Assembly: GCA_049509915.1 (NCBI GenBank)
Contig: JBEKZL010000014.1
Coordinates: 2,587-66,586, forward strand
Origin: Bryobacteraceae bacterium
Lineage (GTDB): Bacteria > Acidobacteriota > Terriglobia > Bryobacterales > Bryobacteraceae
Direction: 5' to 3'
DNA length: 64,000 bases
The notes below the pieces were generated by a model. That model was not told the origin of the DNA, ran no database searches, and saw nothing but the letters and a program-made list of their open reading frames with translations. Shown piece after piece: positions 18,334 to 29,394 of the stretch (position 1 is the first letter of the stretch; every line of letters begins with the position of its first letter). The position numbers and the translations under genes were made by a program.

Positions 18334-19663
18334 ATGAGTGCTGTGTTGAGCTGGCACGACGCGTACCATGCGGGCGCTACGATCTGCGGTGGAAAGGGCT
18401 ACAACCTGGCGCGGCTGGCGCGTTACGGTTTTCGGGTACCTCGCGGCGGCGTGCTGCCGGTCGGCGCGCCGCTTTCAGATATCGGGCGCGGTCTGGAGCA
18501 ACTGGGACTGCTGGAGGCCAAAGTCGCGGTGCGCTCCAGTGCCACAGCGGAAGACTCCATGCGTGCGTCGTTTGCCGGCATCCATCGCAGTTACCTCAAT
18601 GTGAGCGGTAGCGATGCCGTGCAACAGGCGGCCCAGGGCTGTATCGACTCGCTCGAAACCGCGCAAGCCATCGCCTATCGCCGCCGGATGGGCTTGGAAG
18701 ACGAAGAGGTGCGCTGCGCCGTAGTCGTGTGCGAGATGGTGGAGGCGCGCTGTGCCGGGGTGGCTTTCTCCTGCGACCCGGCGACGGGCCGCCGCGACCT
18801 CATTTTGATCGACGCCGCGAAAGGCCTGGGCGAAGCGGTGGTGAGCGGGCGCGTCAATCCGGAGCGCATGATCTGGCGCCGCCGGTGCGGCAGGGTTTGG
18901 CGAGAGAGCGGCTCCGCCGCCAGTGCTCTGTTGCCGGAGCCGGTCGAAGAAGAACTCGTCCATCTGGTGGATCGCGCGCACTGGGCCCTCGGCGAGGGAA
19001 GGGAGCCGCAGGATGTCGAGTGGGCCTATGACGGAGAGCATCTTTGGTTGCTCCAGGCGCGCCCGGTCACCAGCTTGCCCCGCTACGGATGGCCGCGGAC
19101 GGCCACATTGCCTCGCCATTGGTCGACTGCCAACCTCAAGGACAGCCTGCCCGGCGTGCCGTGCGAACTCTCCTGGAGCACGCTCACCGACATCGTCCCC
19201 GAAGCCCTCTACGCCGCGCAGAAAGCCGTTCAATACCCGATTCCGCCGGGCATGGAGGTGGTTCGCCGCTTCCAGGGACGCGCGCTGGGTCGCGGATCCG
19301 GCGTGGCTTGTCGAGCAGGTCCGGTTCCTCCGCGAGAACCCGGCAACACCCAACTTGCGGGAAACCGCCGCCGACACCCGCCGGCGGGCTGAGCGGGAAT
19401 TGAAGCGGCGCTTCGGCTGGCGGACGCCTTTCCTGCTCTGGCTGGTGCGCAAGCTGCGCGCGGCCATGGCTGCCCGGGAAGCTGCCAAATCCGCCCTTAT
19501 ATGCCTGATGCTGCCCATTCGCCGCATCGTGCTGGAGATCGGCCGCCGCCTGGTGGCCGAGGGTAAACTGCCCCAGTGGCTTGGTGTGCGCCGGCCCTGG
19601 AAATCGGCTAATGGGCAACCACGCAGCGTTCCTCCTCCGGGCGCATCTCCGAGAAGGGGATAA
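18334..19663 (+). pseudogene. PEP-utilising enzyme (PEP synthase / PPDK N-terminal ATP-grasp type), frameshifted and lacking the phospho-His swivel domain
   Basis: Frame 1 reads GGKGYNLARLA...VAVRSSATAEDS..SFAGIHRSY...DVEWAYDGEHLWLLQARPVT...RRFQGRA. The sense then continues in another frame (WLVEQVRFLRENPA...LPIRRIVLEIGRRLVAEGKL) and stops at 19663 without a PEP-utiliser mobile domain. Confidence 0.55.
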
Positions 19664-19831
19664 GTGCCGGGCAATGACGCCAACTTCCCGGTCCGTCGTC
19701 CAGGACTTATCCCCTATTGCGCGCGATCCGGCCCCTGCGAGCCGAGAGAAGAGACGAACTTGGGTCTTGCCGGTCCAAACAACAGGAACGGGTGTCAGTA
19801 CCAGATTGACAAGCTCTGTTTTCCGCCGAGC

Positions 19832-22132
<2,301 letters not shown>

Positions 22133-22148
22133 CTAACTCCTACGACAC

Positions 22149-22613
22149 TCAACGGGAAGCGTGCCGTGGTGCGCACTTCGCACAAAGCCCCCGGAAAATG
22201 ACTTCGCATTCGCGAAGAACCCGCTTATCGAGGGAGCCCGAGGCGGGCCTGGGCACGTCGTACCACTCAATGTCCTCCACATTGCCGCAGCGGTCGCAGA
22301 TGAAGTGGTGATGCCGCATGCCTTTCGCATCGAATCGCGCGGCGCGGCCCTCGACGGCCACTTCACGCACCAAACCCGCCTGCACCAAGTCCCGCAGATT
22401 GTTATAAGTAGTGGCCCTTGAAGAGCGCGGATCCACCTGGTTCACGGCTTCGAAAATTTCCGCAGCCGTGGGATGAATGTGGTTTTCCATCAAGAACGCC
22501 ATCACCGCGTAGCGCTGCGGCGTGCATCGCAAGCCGCTGCCTTCCAGGGACCGTTTGATCGCCTCGGCGTCTAACAAGAAATTTAGACTATATCTAATAT
22601 TATACTTTGTCAA
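22149..22613 (-). CDS. furA: Fur-family (FurA/PerR-like) metalloregulator
   Basis: Contains RCTPQRYAVMAFL..HPTAAEIF, HHHFICDRCGNVEDI and CAKC. It lies immediately upstream of katG. The true start may be the TTG at 22577, because 22578..22613 looks like promoter/operator DNA. Confidence 0.85.
   Translation of the reverse strand: MTKYNIRYSLNFLLDAEAIKRSLEGSGLRCTPQRYAVMAFLMENHIHPTAAEIFEAVNQVDPRSSRATTYNNLRDLVQAGLVREVAVEGRAARFDAKGMRHHHFICDRCGNVEDIEWYDVPRPASGSLDKRVLRECEVIFRGLCAKCAPRHASR
22571..22613 (-). promoter_or_regulatory. AT-rich candidate promoter/operator of furA-katG
   Basis: The minus strand reads TTGACAAAGTATAATATTAGATATAGTCTAAATTTCTTG, which contains TTGACA, TATAGT and the inverted repeat TTAGA-N5-TCTAA (22583..22597). 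It is the only strongly AT-rich stretch in this neighbourhood. Confidence 0.45.
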
Positions 22614-22686
22614 GACCTGTATCTAGGCTGGGTCTTGGCCCATCGAGTACGCTTGTCTCATGCCAGCATTGGAAGGGAGCAACACA

Positions 22687-23574
22687 ATGAGTGAAGCAAG
22701 GCTAGGCGGACGGTTCACGTTTCCCGGCACGTCATTGACGGTGCACCGGATAGGCTACGGCGCGATGCAGTTGGCCGGCCCCGGCGTGTGGGGGCCTCCC
22801 GAGGACCCGGACGGTGCCGTGGCCGTCCTCCGCGAGGCCGTCGCGGCCGGCGTGAACCATATCGATACGTCCGACTACTATGGCCCGCACGTCACCAACC
22901 GGATCATCCGCCAGGCTCTGCATCCTTACCCGGCCGGGTTGGTGATTGTCACCAAGCTCGGAGGCCGCCGGGCGCCCGACAAGTCGTGGCAGCCGGCCAT
23001 CTCGCCCGAAGAGCTGACCGGCGGCGTCCACGACAATCTCCGCAACTTGGGCCTGGAGGCGCTCGACGTCGCCAACTACCGCGTGATGGGGTCGGGCCAC
23101 GGCCCCAAGGAAGGGTCCATCGCCGGGCAGGTGACGGTGCTGGCCGACCTGCGGCGCAAAGGGCTGATTCGCCATATCGGCGTGAGCAACGTCACCCCCG
23201 CCCAGGTGGCCGAGGCGCAGGCAATCAGCGATATCGTATGCGTGCAGAACAACTACAACCTGGCCTACCGCCGCGACGACGCCCTGATCGACGATCTGGC
23301 CAGGCAGGGCGTCCCGTACGTGCCGTTCTTCCCGCTGGGCGGGTTCACGCCGCTGCAATCGTCCACTCTGTCGGACGTCGCGGACCGGCTCGGGTCCACG
23401 CCGATGCAGGTCGCGCTGGCGTGGCTGCTGCAGCGGTCGCCCAACATCCTCTTAATCCCCGGCACGTCGTCGCTCACCCACCTCCGCGAGAACCTGGCCG
23501 CCGGGCAGTTGACGCTGTCACCGGAAACCCTGGCGGAGCTGGACGGCATCGCCGCCGAGCCAGTGGCGGATTGA
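22687..23574 (+). CDS. aldo/keto reductase
   Basis: Contains IGYGAMQLAGPGVWG, HIDTSDYYGP and LLIPGTSSLTHLREN. A GGAAGGGAG RBS lies 8 nt before the ATG at 22687. Confidence 0.9.
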   Translation: MSEARLGGRFTFPGTSLTVHRIGYGAMQLAGPGVWGPPEDPDGAVAVLREAVAAGVNHIDTSDYYGPHVTNRIIRQALHPYPAGLVIVTKLGGRRAPDKSWQPAISPEELTGGVHDNLRNLGLEALDVANYRVMGSGHGPKEGSIAGQVTVLADLRRKGLIRHIGVSNVTPAQVAEAQAISDIVCVQNNYNLAYRRDDALIDDLARQGVPYVPFFPLGGFTPLQSSTLSDVADRLGSTPMQVALAWLLQRSPNILLIPGTSSLTHLRENLAAGQLTLSPETLAELDGIAAEPVAD

Positions 23575-23605
23575 TCGCGGGATACTACGCATCCAAGCTA
23601 CAGAA

Positions 23606-23938
23606 TCAGGAGAGGGCCAAGAACGACTTCTGCGGATCGGCGAGAAACTCATCTATCTCGGTGAGCCGGCTCCTGACGAGCCCTTCTATGGCCTTCGTAG
23701 AGCAGTTGCCGAGCCGGATCCAAAGAATCCTAGGTGGATACCCCTCAAGGAAACTTCTCTGGCGGAAGTCAGCGTCTTTGGTGACAATCGCGAAACCGTG
23801 CTGGGCGGCGTATGCCCAAATCGTGGTGTCCGTTGCTTCCCGGAGTTCGACATCCCGTACATGCATCGCGCTGGGGAAACAATCTGCCAGAGCCTTGCAC
23901 AAAAAGGGAGAAAGATTCTGATCGAAAAGCAGTCTCAC
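23606..23938 (-). CDS. DUF5615 / PIN-like protein (putative toxin), second copy
   Basis: Reads VRLLFDQNLSP...AIVTKDADF. The GTG start overlaps the upstream DUF433 stop (GTGA). Confidence 0.7.
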   Translation of the reverse strand: MRLLFDQNLSPFLCKALADCFPSAMHVRDVELREATDTTIWAYAAQHGFAIVTKDADFRQRSFLEGYPPRILWIRLGNCSTKAIEGLVRSRLTEIDEFLADPQKSFLALS

Positions 23939-24159
23939 GCGGGAATGCTCGCCAATCGCCGTTCGCGATCCGCGGCAAAAGCGAGGCAAGCCCGAATGTC
24001 TTCGTGGATGAGGTCTGGAAAGTCGTGCAAGATCTCGTCTTCAGACATCCCGGAAGCCAGGTAGTCCAGTACGTCGTAGACTGTGATCCGCATCCCGCGG
24101 ATGCACGGCTTCCCGCCCATCTTGTCGGACTCGATTGTGATGATCTTGCTGTAATCCAT
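23935..24159 (-). CDS. DUF433 family protein (putative antitoxin), second copy
   Basis: 74 aa, reading GGKPCIRGMRITVYDVLDYLASGMSEDEILHDFPDL. Confidence 0.8.
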   Translation of the reverse strand: MDYSKIITIESDKMGGKPCIRGMRITVYDVLDYLASGMSEDEILHDFPDLIHEDIRACLAFAADRERRLASIPA

Positions 24160-24212
24160 GCGACCCGCTCCGAGGTTCCATCTTCAACAATAACAAAATC
24201 CGGGACCGAGCC

Positions 24213-24534
24213 GGTCAGCCTCACGTGAGCCCTTGGCGAAATCGGCCAATACGTCGGAGCGCTCCAACATGTTCGCGCATTTCGTTGTCCTGTGGCCTCT
24301 CGCATGGGATTTACACGCGGAATGCGGAAAATACCCATGATCGCTCCGCTCGCTAGCCAGCTCGCGCGGCGAAAGGGGTGGTCGTGAAAGATTTTTCCTC
24401 TTCGGTGCCGGTGGAACGACTGATTCGGGCGTTCCACGCGGCGTCTCTTCGGTCCGGGGGTGCGGAAATCGCGAAGACCTCGCAGCGCTCCGACGTGTTG
24501 GCGATTTTTGCCAAGGGCTCACGTCAGGCCGACC
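24213..24534. repeat. pair of 51-bp inverted repeats enclosing a 220-bp spacer (MITE-like or IS-end relic)
   Basis: The left arm is 24213..24263 and the right arm is 24484..24534. The reverse complement of the left arm matches the right arm at about 46 of 51 positions by manual alignment. Both arms contain CTCACGTSAG. Confidence 0.75.
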
Positions 24535-24948
24535 ATTTCAGGGCCGAGTATTTCAGAGCCAGAGTTAGATCGTTACGGAAGCCGTGACCTCGCTCACATC
24601 GACCCGAGATTGGCGCGTGCCGCCAAAGCCCAGCCGCAGGTGTGACGCGCCCCGGCATCGCCAGGCTTCGCCGAATCGACCATCTACGGTTGGCGGCGAC
24701 TTGGCTATTGAGAGCTTTAGTGCCTGATCTTGCGTCGCTTCCCGTAAACGCCGAGTGTCGCCGGAACCTGGCGCGCTTATTGGGGTAATCCGTCGCAGGG
24801 ACCATCAGGTCAGGGTGTTCTGGTTCTGGTGTTTCTCAAAATCGGGATCCGATCAGCGCCCGCAGCATCGCTTGTACTTGCGGCCGCTCCCGCATGGACA
24901 GGGGTCGTTTAACCGAACCCCGCGATCTCTCTCAGCTGCGGAAACGCG

Positions 24949-27287
24949 CTAAGCACGAAGGTCGGCGGCAGCTGCGGAAACCCGCCTAATTGCCGCGGAC
25001 GACATGCCTACCAAACTCACGTGCTGCCAGTGAACCCCGCTCAGTACATCATCGGGGGCGTATTCCAGCTCTAATAATGGCCTGCTGGTCTCCTGGTTTG
25101 CAGCAATTACCACTTGCGTATGTTCCAACCCGAAGCCAATCCTGCGCGGCGATCCCTCCGACCACACAATGATCGTAAACCTCATACCGCCACAGCTGGA
25201 GAATGGTCTGCTTCGACCAAGTTCACGGTTTGCACGCAGCTGGTCCTCGATGTACTGAGCGAGCCGTTCCCGAAAGCCGCCAGACGCATCGAGCAAGAAG
25301 CTCGTCACTTCGGAGCGCCGACGAAGGTTCGTTTTGGGCAGGAACTCAGTGATTTCCTTCAGTCGGTCAGGCATTTTCTGCAGCGGCAGAGCAGCCTCGC
25401 CGCCGCGAGCCACGGCGTCATAGTAGGCGTCGATTTTGCCGCGATAGCCGACGAAGTTCAATTTGGCCTTCTCGTTCTGGCTCACCAACTCGGCTGCGTA
25501 CTGCCCGTAGTTGTTTTGAGCGAGGTATAGCCCAAGGTGATCCATTTCGTCGTTCAGATCGACGAGGTCGGATCGCACGGCACGCATCCGCTGCTCGGTA
25601 AAGTGCAAGAAAATGAGCGGGTTCTTGAACAGATCGGCGTAAACGCGTAGGTCGTCGATCGAAAGCGCCCAAACAGGCCGCAGGCCGACGTCAACCCCAA
25701 CCTTTCGGAGGTGCTGGGCACGTGCAGCCAGCTCTGTAAATGGATCGAGTGTCACTGCACAAATCGTAACGTGACGGAACGCCGAGCGGCGCAACTTCGC
25801 GATCTCATTGTGTCCAGCGTCGGCAATCGGGACCTCCGGGGCGCTCTCCAGATAGTCAAGAAACCTACTGCCCTGTGACGCCGGGCAACGCAAGAGGTTT
25901 TTGAGGGACGAAATGTGAGCGGGGAGATCGGTAGCGGGCGAGGTGTAGGTGAATGCGCCCGCTTTCACCTCCACGACAAACAAATGTCTTCATAAACCAA
26001 GAGGCCGTCCGCTTCGCACCACGGCGGAGCCGCGCCACCTGAAGACCAGTAATAATACACGGGTCGATAGGCGCAAGCACCAGGCAAAAGATCCTCGAAG
26101 TACCGGAAAGGCAGCGCCTCCGATACTGACTTCTGCCGCTTATTCCAGCTCTCCTTGTAATCAGGGGCCAGTCGAAATATCGCCCGTTAAAGAACTCTAT
26201 AAATGTGGTCGAAGAGCGTAAAAACGCTGAAGCACAAAAATCGTCCTCCGATTCGGATGAAAGGACGCTTCATGGTCGGCCAAACGCGGAGCGGCCACCC
26301 ACAAAACTCGCCGGGCGCGAAGAACTGATCCTCTTCTCCGGGCGACCAGGCAAGCTCATGGAGAAGGGTCTCTGGCAGCTTTGTTACCGTGCCGACGTCG
26401 AAAAGGTCAAGTCCGACAACCTCACCGACCACCCTACAGGTCTTCGCGGTAAACTCGGGATCCTCCGGGATCCTCCAGGACTTTTCCGAGCAGATCCTCA
26501 CTGTGTTTGTCCGCGTCTTCGGCCGTCTGAGCCGGTCGATCCGCCGTTTCGTGGCGAAGTTCGTCCAAAGCCATGAGTGCCTCCCCTAGTCCGCGTGTGA
26601 GCTTGTACAGGATCTTCTCCAGTTCTGCGACAATCGTCGCGGCATCGATACTGAACAGCCTTATCAGCACGTCTGAGTGCGGCGCGAGGACATCGAGGAG
26701 CGCCTGCGGCTCATGGATGTGATACCGCTCGCCCCGTACGTTCATCCAGATCAATTCGGCCCGAAATCGGAAACTTCCAATTCCATATCAAGATCGGGAT
26801 CCTGCAGCCGACGATTTGCGGTGAATGCGAGCTGGTAGTTCAGATTGAGCTGCGCAAACAGCTTCTGCACGTTGTCTTTCAGGCTCGCCCAAGCGCCGTT
26901 ATCGACGTCCTGGGCACAAGCACAGCCGGGGGGAACCGACTCTATGACGCTTTGGACGTAATCGATCATTCGGAGGGGTAATGGATCGTCGAACTCCCCC
27001 ATAGAGTTGCCGGCGACCGCGGCAAACTCCCACCAGGCTCGCTGTAGAAGCCGGTCGGCCGGCAGACTTGAAACCTGCTTTGCTATCTCCGCCACCAATG
27101 CGTTGATTTCGTGTGTGATCCCAGGCAAGTCGCAAGCCATCTCGGCTTGAACTGCATCGAACTGATCGCGAGTAGCCCGAGAGCGACCCACCACAAATCT
27201 CCCAAACCGAGCGAGCTCAAATGGCCCAGCATCGAAGCGCTCGTCCGGTGCCACGTTCCGCGGCTTTTTCCGTCGTCGGCTCATCAT
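24949..27287 (-). pseudogene. ~780-codon PD-(D/E)XK (NERD-like) nuclease-domain gene inactivated by four lesions
   Basis: Five collinear sense segments (27287-26751, 26754-26434, 26501-26187, 26186-25965, 25983-24949). The reconstructed motif is CEADGLLVYED-x-LFVVEVKAG. The lesions are an indel in the C-run at 26760..26762, a 10-bp tandem duplication at 26457..26476, an in-frame TAA at 26187..26189 and a 1-nt indel at ~25984. Confidence 0.65.
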
Positions 27288-27625
27288 TTTTCTCCATGTG
27301 ACTCTGACCTACACGGTGAGGCTGGTGGCCATCAAGTGGGCAAGAGAATGCCGTGCTCGCGCGGGAGTCGCCGGGGTTATTGTAGCTCCGTACACGGTAG
27401 TTGCCCACGCGTGGCTGCGCGTGTAGCGTGCAAGGCGCGGCGGCACTGATGGCGCCCGCGATGCACGCGCCGGCCTCGGCACCGGATTGCTCCCGATGGC
27501 TCGGCCTGGGCCGCCGATCACAGAAGCTCGGCACCTGGACGAAAACGCCCAAAGCCGCAAATTTGAGAGCGGCAACCGAACTCCGGCGGTATATCCCGTT
27601 CCCACCCGCAGACCATCTCTTCCGC

Positions 27626-27822
27626 TCAAGTCTCCAACCGGAACACCTCGCCCAATTCCCGGATCTGCTCCTCATCCAACGGCCTCACTTCCTGTCCTTT
27701 TAGCAGGAGGAAGAGTTTGGCGGTTTGCTCCAATTCCTCGGTGGCGTACACGGCGGCATCGGGCGATCCGGCGGAAGCCACGGCGCGGCGCCGCCCGACC
27801 AGAGCGCGGATGGCCGGGGTGG
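27626..27822 (-). pseudogene. duplicated fragment of the 3' end of the class II aldolase (otnC-like) gene
   Basis: Reads ...AIRALVGRRRAVASAGSPDAAVYATEELEQTAKLFLLLKGQEVRPLDEEQIRELGEVFRLET*. The last 42 residues match the intact gene at 28593.. at 35 positions. DNA similarity continues ~60 bp past the stop. Confidence 0.65.
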
Positions 27823-27867
27823 AAGGAGCGTTGCGCCGGCCAGGCGACGCCCGCCGCTGACGGCAAT

Positions 27868-28242
27868 TCACCCGGGTGGCGCCAGGGCGCGCAAGACGCC
27901 GGACCTGAGCGGCGGAAGATCGTCCACGATCGTATTCCACACGGTTTCGACGTCGACCCTGTCGTAGCGATGCCGGAGCCAATTGCCGATGCCGCGGATA
28001 CTGTGCCACGGCAGCCCGGGACACAGACGCTCCGCGTCCCCTCCGAGCCGCATCGCCGCCTCGCTAATTAGCAGGAGCTTGCGCTCCACCGCGGCAACCG
28101 TCTTCGGGTCTTCCCGGAATGCCTCCAAGTCCATGCCATGCACGAACCTGACGATCATGTCGATGCCGTCGAGGATATCCCGCAAGGAAAGCGCGGGTTC
28201 CCTAAAAGGCAAGGACGGCCTCGCGGGAGGCGTTGGCGGCAA
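27868..28242 (-). CDS. hepT: HEPN/DUF86 (HepT-like) toxin
   Basis: Reads RDILDGIDMIVRF...ERKLLLISEAA...WHSIRGIGNWLRHRYDRVDVETVWNTI. An alternative TTG start at 28185 would remove the 41-nt overlap with mntA. The canonical Arg of Rx4-6H appears to be Gly (GNWLRH). Confidence 0.7.
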   Translation of the reverse strand: MPPTPPARPSLPFREPALSLRDILDGIDMIVRFVHGMDLEAFREDPKTVAAVERKLLLISEAAMRLGGDAERLCPGLPWHSIRGIGNWLRHRYDRVDVETVWNTIVDDLPPLRSGVLRALAPPG

Positions 28243-28501
28243 CCGGCTCCTTGAGTCCTTTTGCCGGAGAGAGATCCACGCGGGCGCCCAGCATGTCCGC
28301 GAGGCGGTTTTCGATGTCGACCATGTCCAGAAGGGACAAACGCCGCCCGGGAGAAAACTCGGCTATGACATCCACATCCGACACGTCGTGGATAGCCGTC
28401 CCCCGTGCGTAGGAGCCATGCAGGAACAGGTGTTCGATGCCAGCGGCTTTCAGCTCACTTTCGTGTTCCCGCAGTTTGGCAATGATCGTGGACCTGTCCA
28501 T
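28202..28501 (-). CDS. mntA: nucleotidyltransferase (MntA-like) antitoxin
   Basis: Starts MDRSTIIAKLREH. Contains the GSYARG and DVDV minimal nucleotidyltransferase motifs. Confidence 0.8.
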   Translation of the reverse strand: MDRSTIIAKLREHESELKAAGIEHLFLHGSYARGTAIHDVSDVDVIAEFSPGRRLSLLDMVDIENRLADMLGARVDLSPAKGLKEPVAANASREAVLAF

Positions 28502-28592
28502 GCCGCAGCCCCATTTTGTATTCTCTCGCATCCGAAGCAGCCGCGGCGGCAGATCCGGCCGAGGAAGGCCGCCCGCAAGTCCACCTTCCTAC

Positions 28593-29231
28593 TCAAGTCT
28601 CCAACCGGAACACATCGACCAGTTCGCGGATCTGGGTCTCGTTCAAGGGCCTCGCTTCCTGTCCCTTCAACAGCAGGAACAGTTTGGCGGTCTCTTCCAG
28701 TTCCTCGATGGCGTACACGGCGGCTTCGAGAGATGCGGCCGAAACCACGGGGCCGTGGTTGGCTAGCAACACGGCGGCGTGCCGGGCGGCCAGGGCGCGA
28801 ATGGCGTCGCCAAGGCACGGATCGCCGGGGCGATGGTAGGGGACCAGCGGAAGTTTTCCGATCTTCATTACGAAGTACGCGGTCAGCGGCGGCAGGCAGC
28901 TTTCGGCTGGCAGGTTCGCCAGGCAGGATACGGCGGCGGAATGAGTGGAATGCAAATGAACCACCGCGCCGGCCGCGGCCCGCTCCTGGTACATGGCCAG
29001 GTGAAGCGGAGCCTCCTTCGATGGCGCGTCGCCGGAGATCACGCGCCCATCCCACGCGAGCTTCGAAATCCGCGCCGGATCCAGCCTGCCCAGGCAGGCG
29101 TTGGTGGGAGTGAGCAGCCAGCCGTCTTCCAGGCGCGCGCTGATATTACCGCTGGAACCGGCCGTCAGACCGCGATCGAAAATCGAGCGGCCCAGCTCGG
29201 TCATCTCCTCCCGCATCCGGTTTTCCGTCAT
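28593..29231 (-). CDS. otnC: class II aldolase/adducin family protein, likely 3-oxo-tetronate 4-phosphate decarboxylase
   Basis: Contains GSSGNISARL, PSKEAPLHLAMY, VVHLHS and LLANHGPV. It lies directly downstream of a DUF1537 kinase, as in E. coli ygbJKL. The ATG at 29246 is an alternative start. Confidence 0.75.
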   Translation of the reverse strand: MTENRMREEMTELGRSIFDRGLTAGSSGNISARLEDGWLLTPTNACLGRLDPARISKLAWDGRVISGDAPSKEAPLHLAMYQERAAAGAVVHLHSTHSAAVSCLANLPAESCLPPLTAYFVMKIGKLPLVPYHRPGDPCLGDAIRALAARHAAVLLANHGPVVSAASLEAAVYAIEELEETAKLFLLLKGQEARPLNETQIRELVDVFRLET

Positions 29232-29250
29232 GGCAGTATCCTGCATAAAT

Positions 29251-29376
29251 GGTGGGTCGGACCCCCTGGTCCGCGCCGGTCCCCTGGACCCGCTCTTCTC
29301 CCGGGCAATCAAGCGCTCGCCACGCCCGGCGAGCCGGCAAGGGGGCCAGCCGCGGACCAGGGGGGTCCGCCCCACC
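29251..29376. repeat. 126-bp GC-rich intergenic repeat element with inverted termini (family copy 2)
   Basis: Reads GGTGGGTCGGACCCCCTGGTCCGCG...CGCGGACCAGGGGGGTCCGCCCCACC. It shares a ~50-nt block with the reverse complement of 11654..11758. Confidence 0.75.
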
Positions 29377-29394
29377 ACGTACGCTGGTGCATTG

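Noticed and set aside
22599-22613. Perfect TTGACA and TATAAT hexamers on the minus strand
   Set aside because: They are only 3 nt apart, so they cannot act as a -35/-10 pair. TATAGT with 15-nt spacing is retained as the weaker but geometrically possible -10.
24933-24981. Direct repeat CAGCTGCGGAAAC occurring twice, 36 bp apart; considered as a mini CRISPR-like or att repeat
   Set aside because: There are only two 13-nt copies. One is inside the 3' end of the nuclease pseudogene. They have no array structure.
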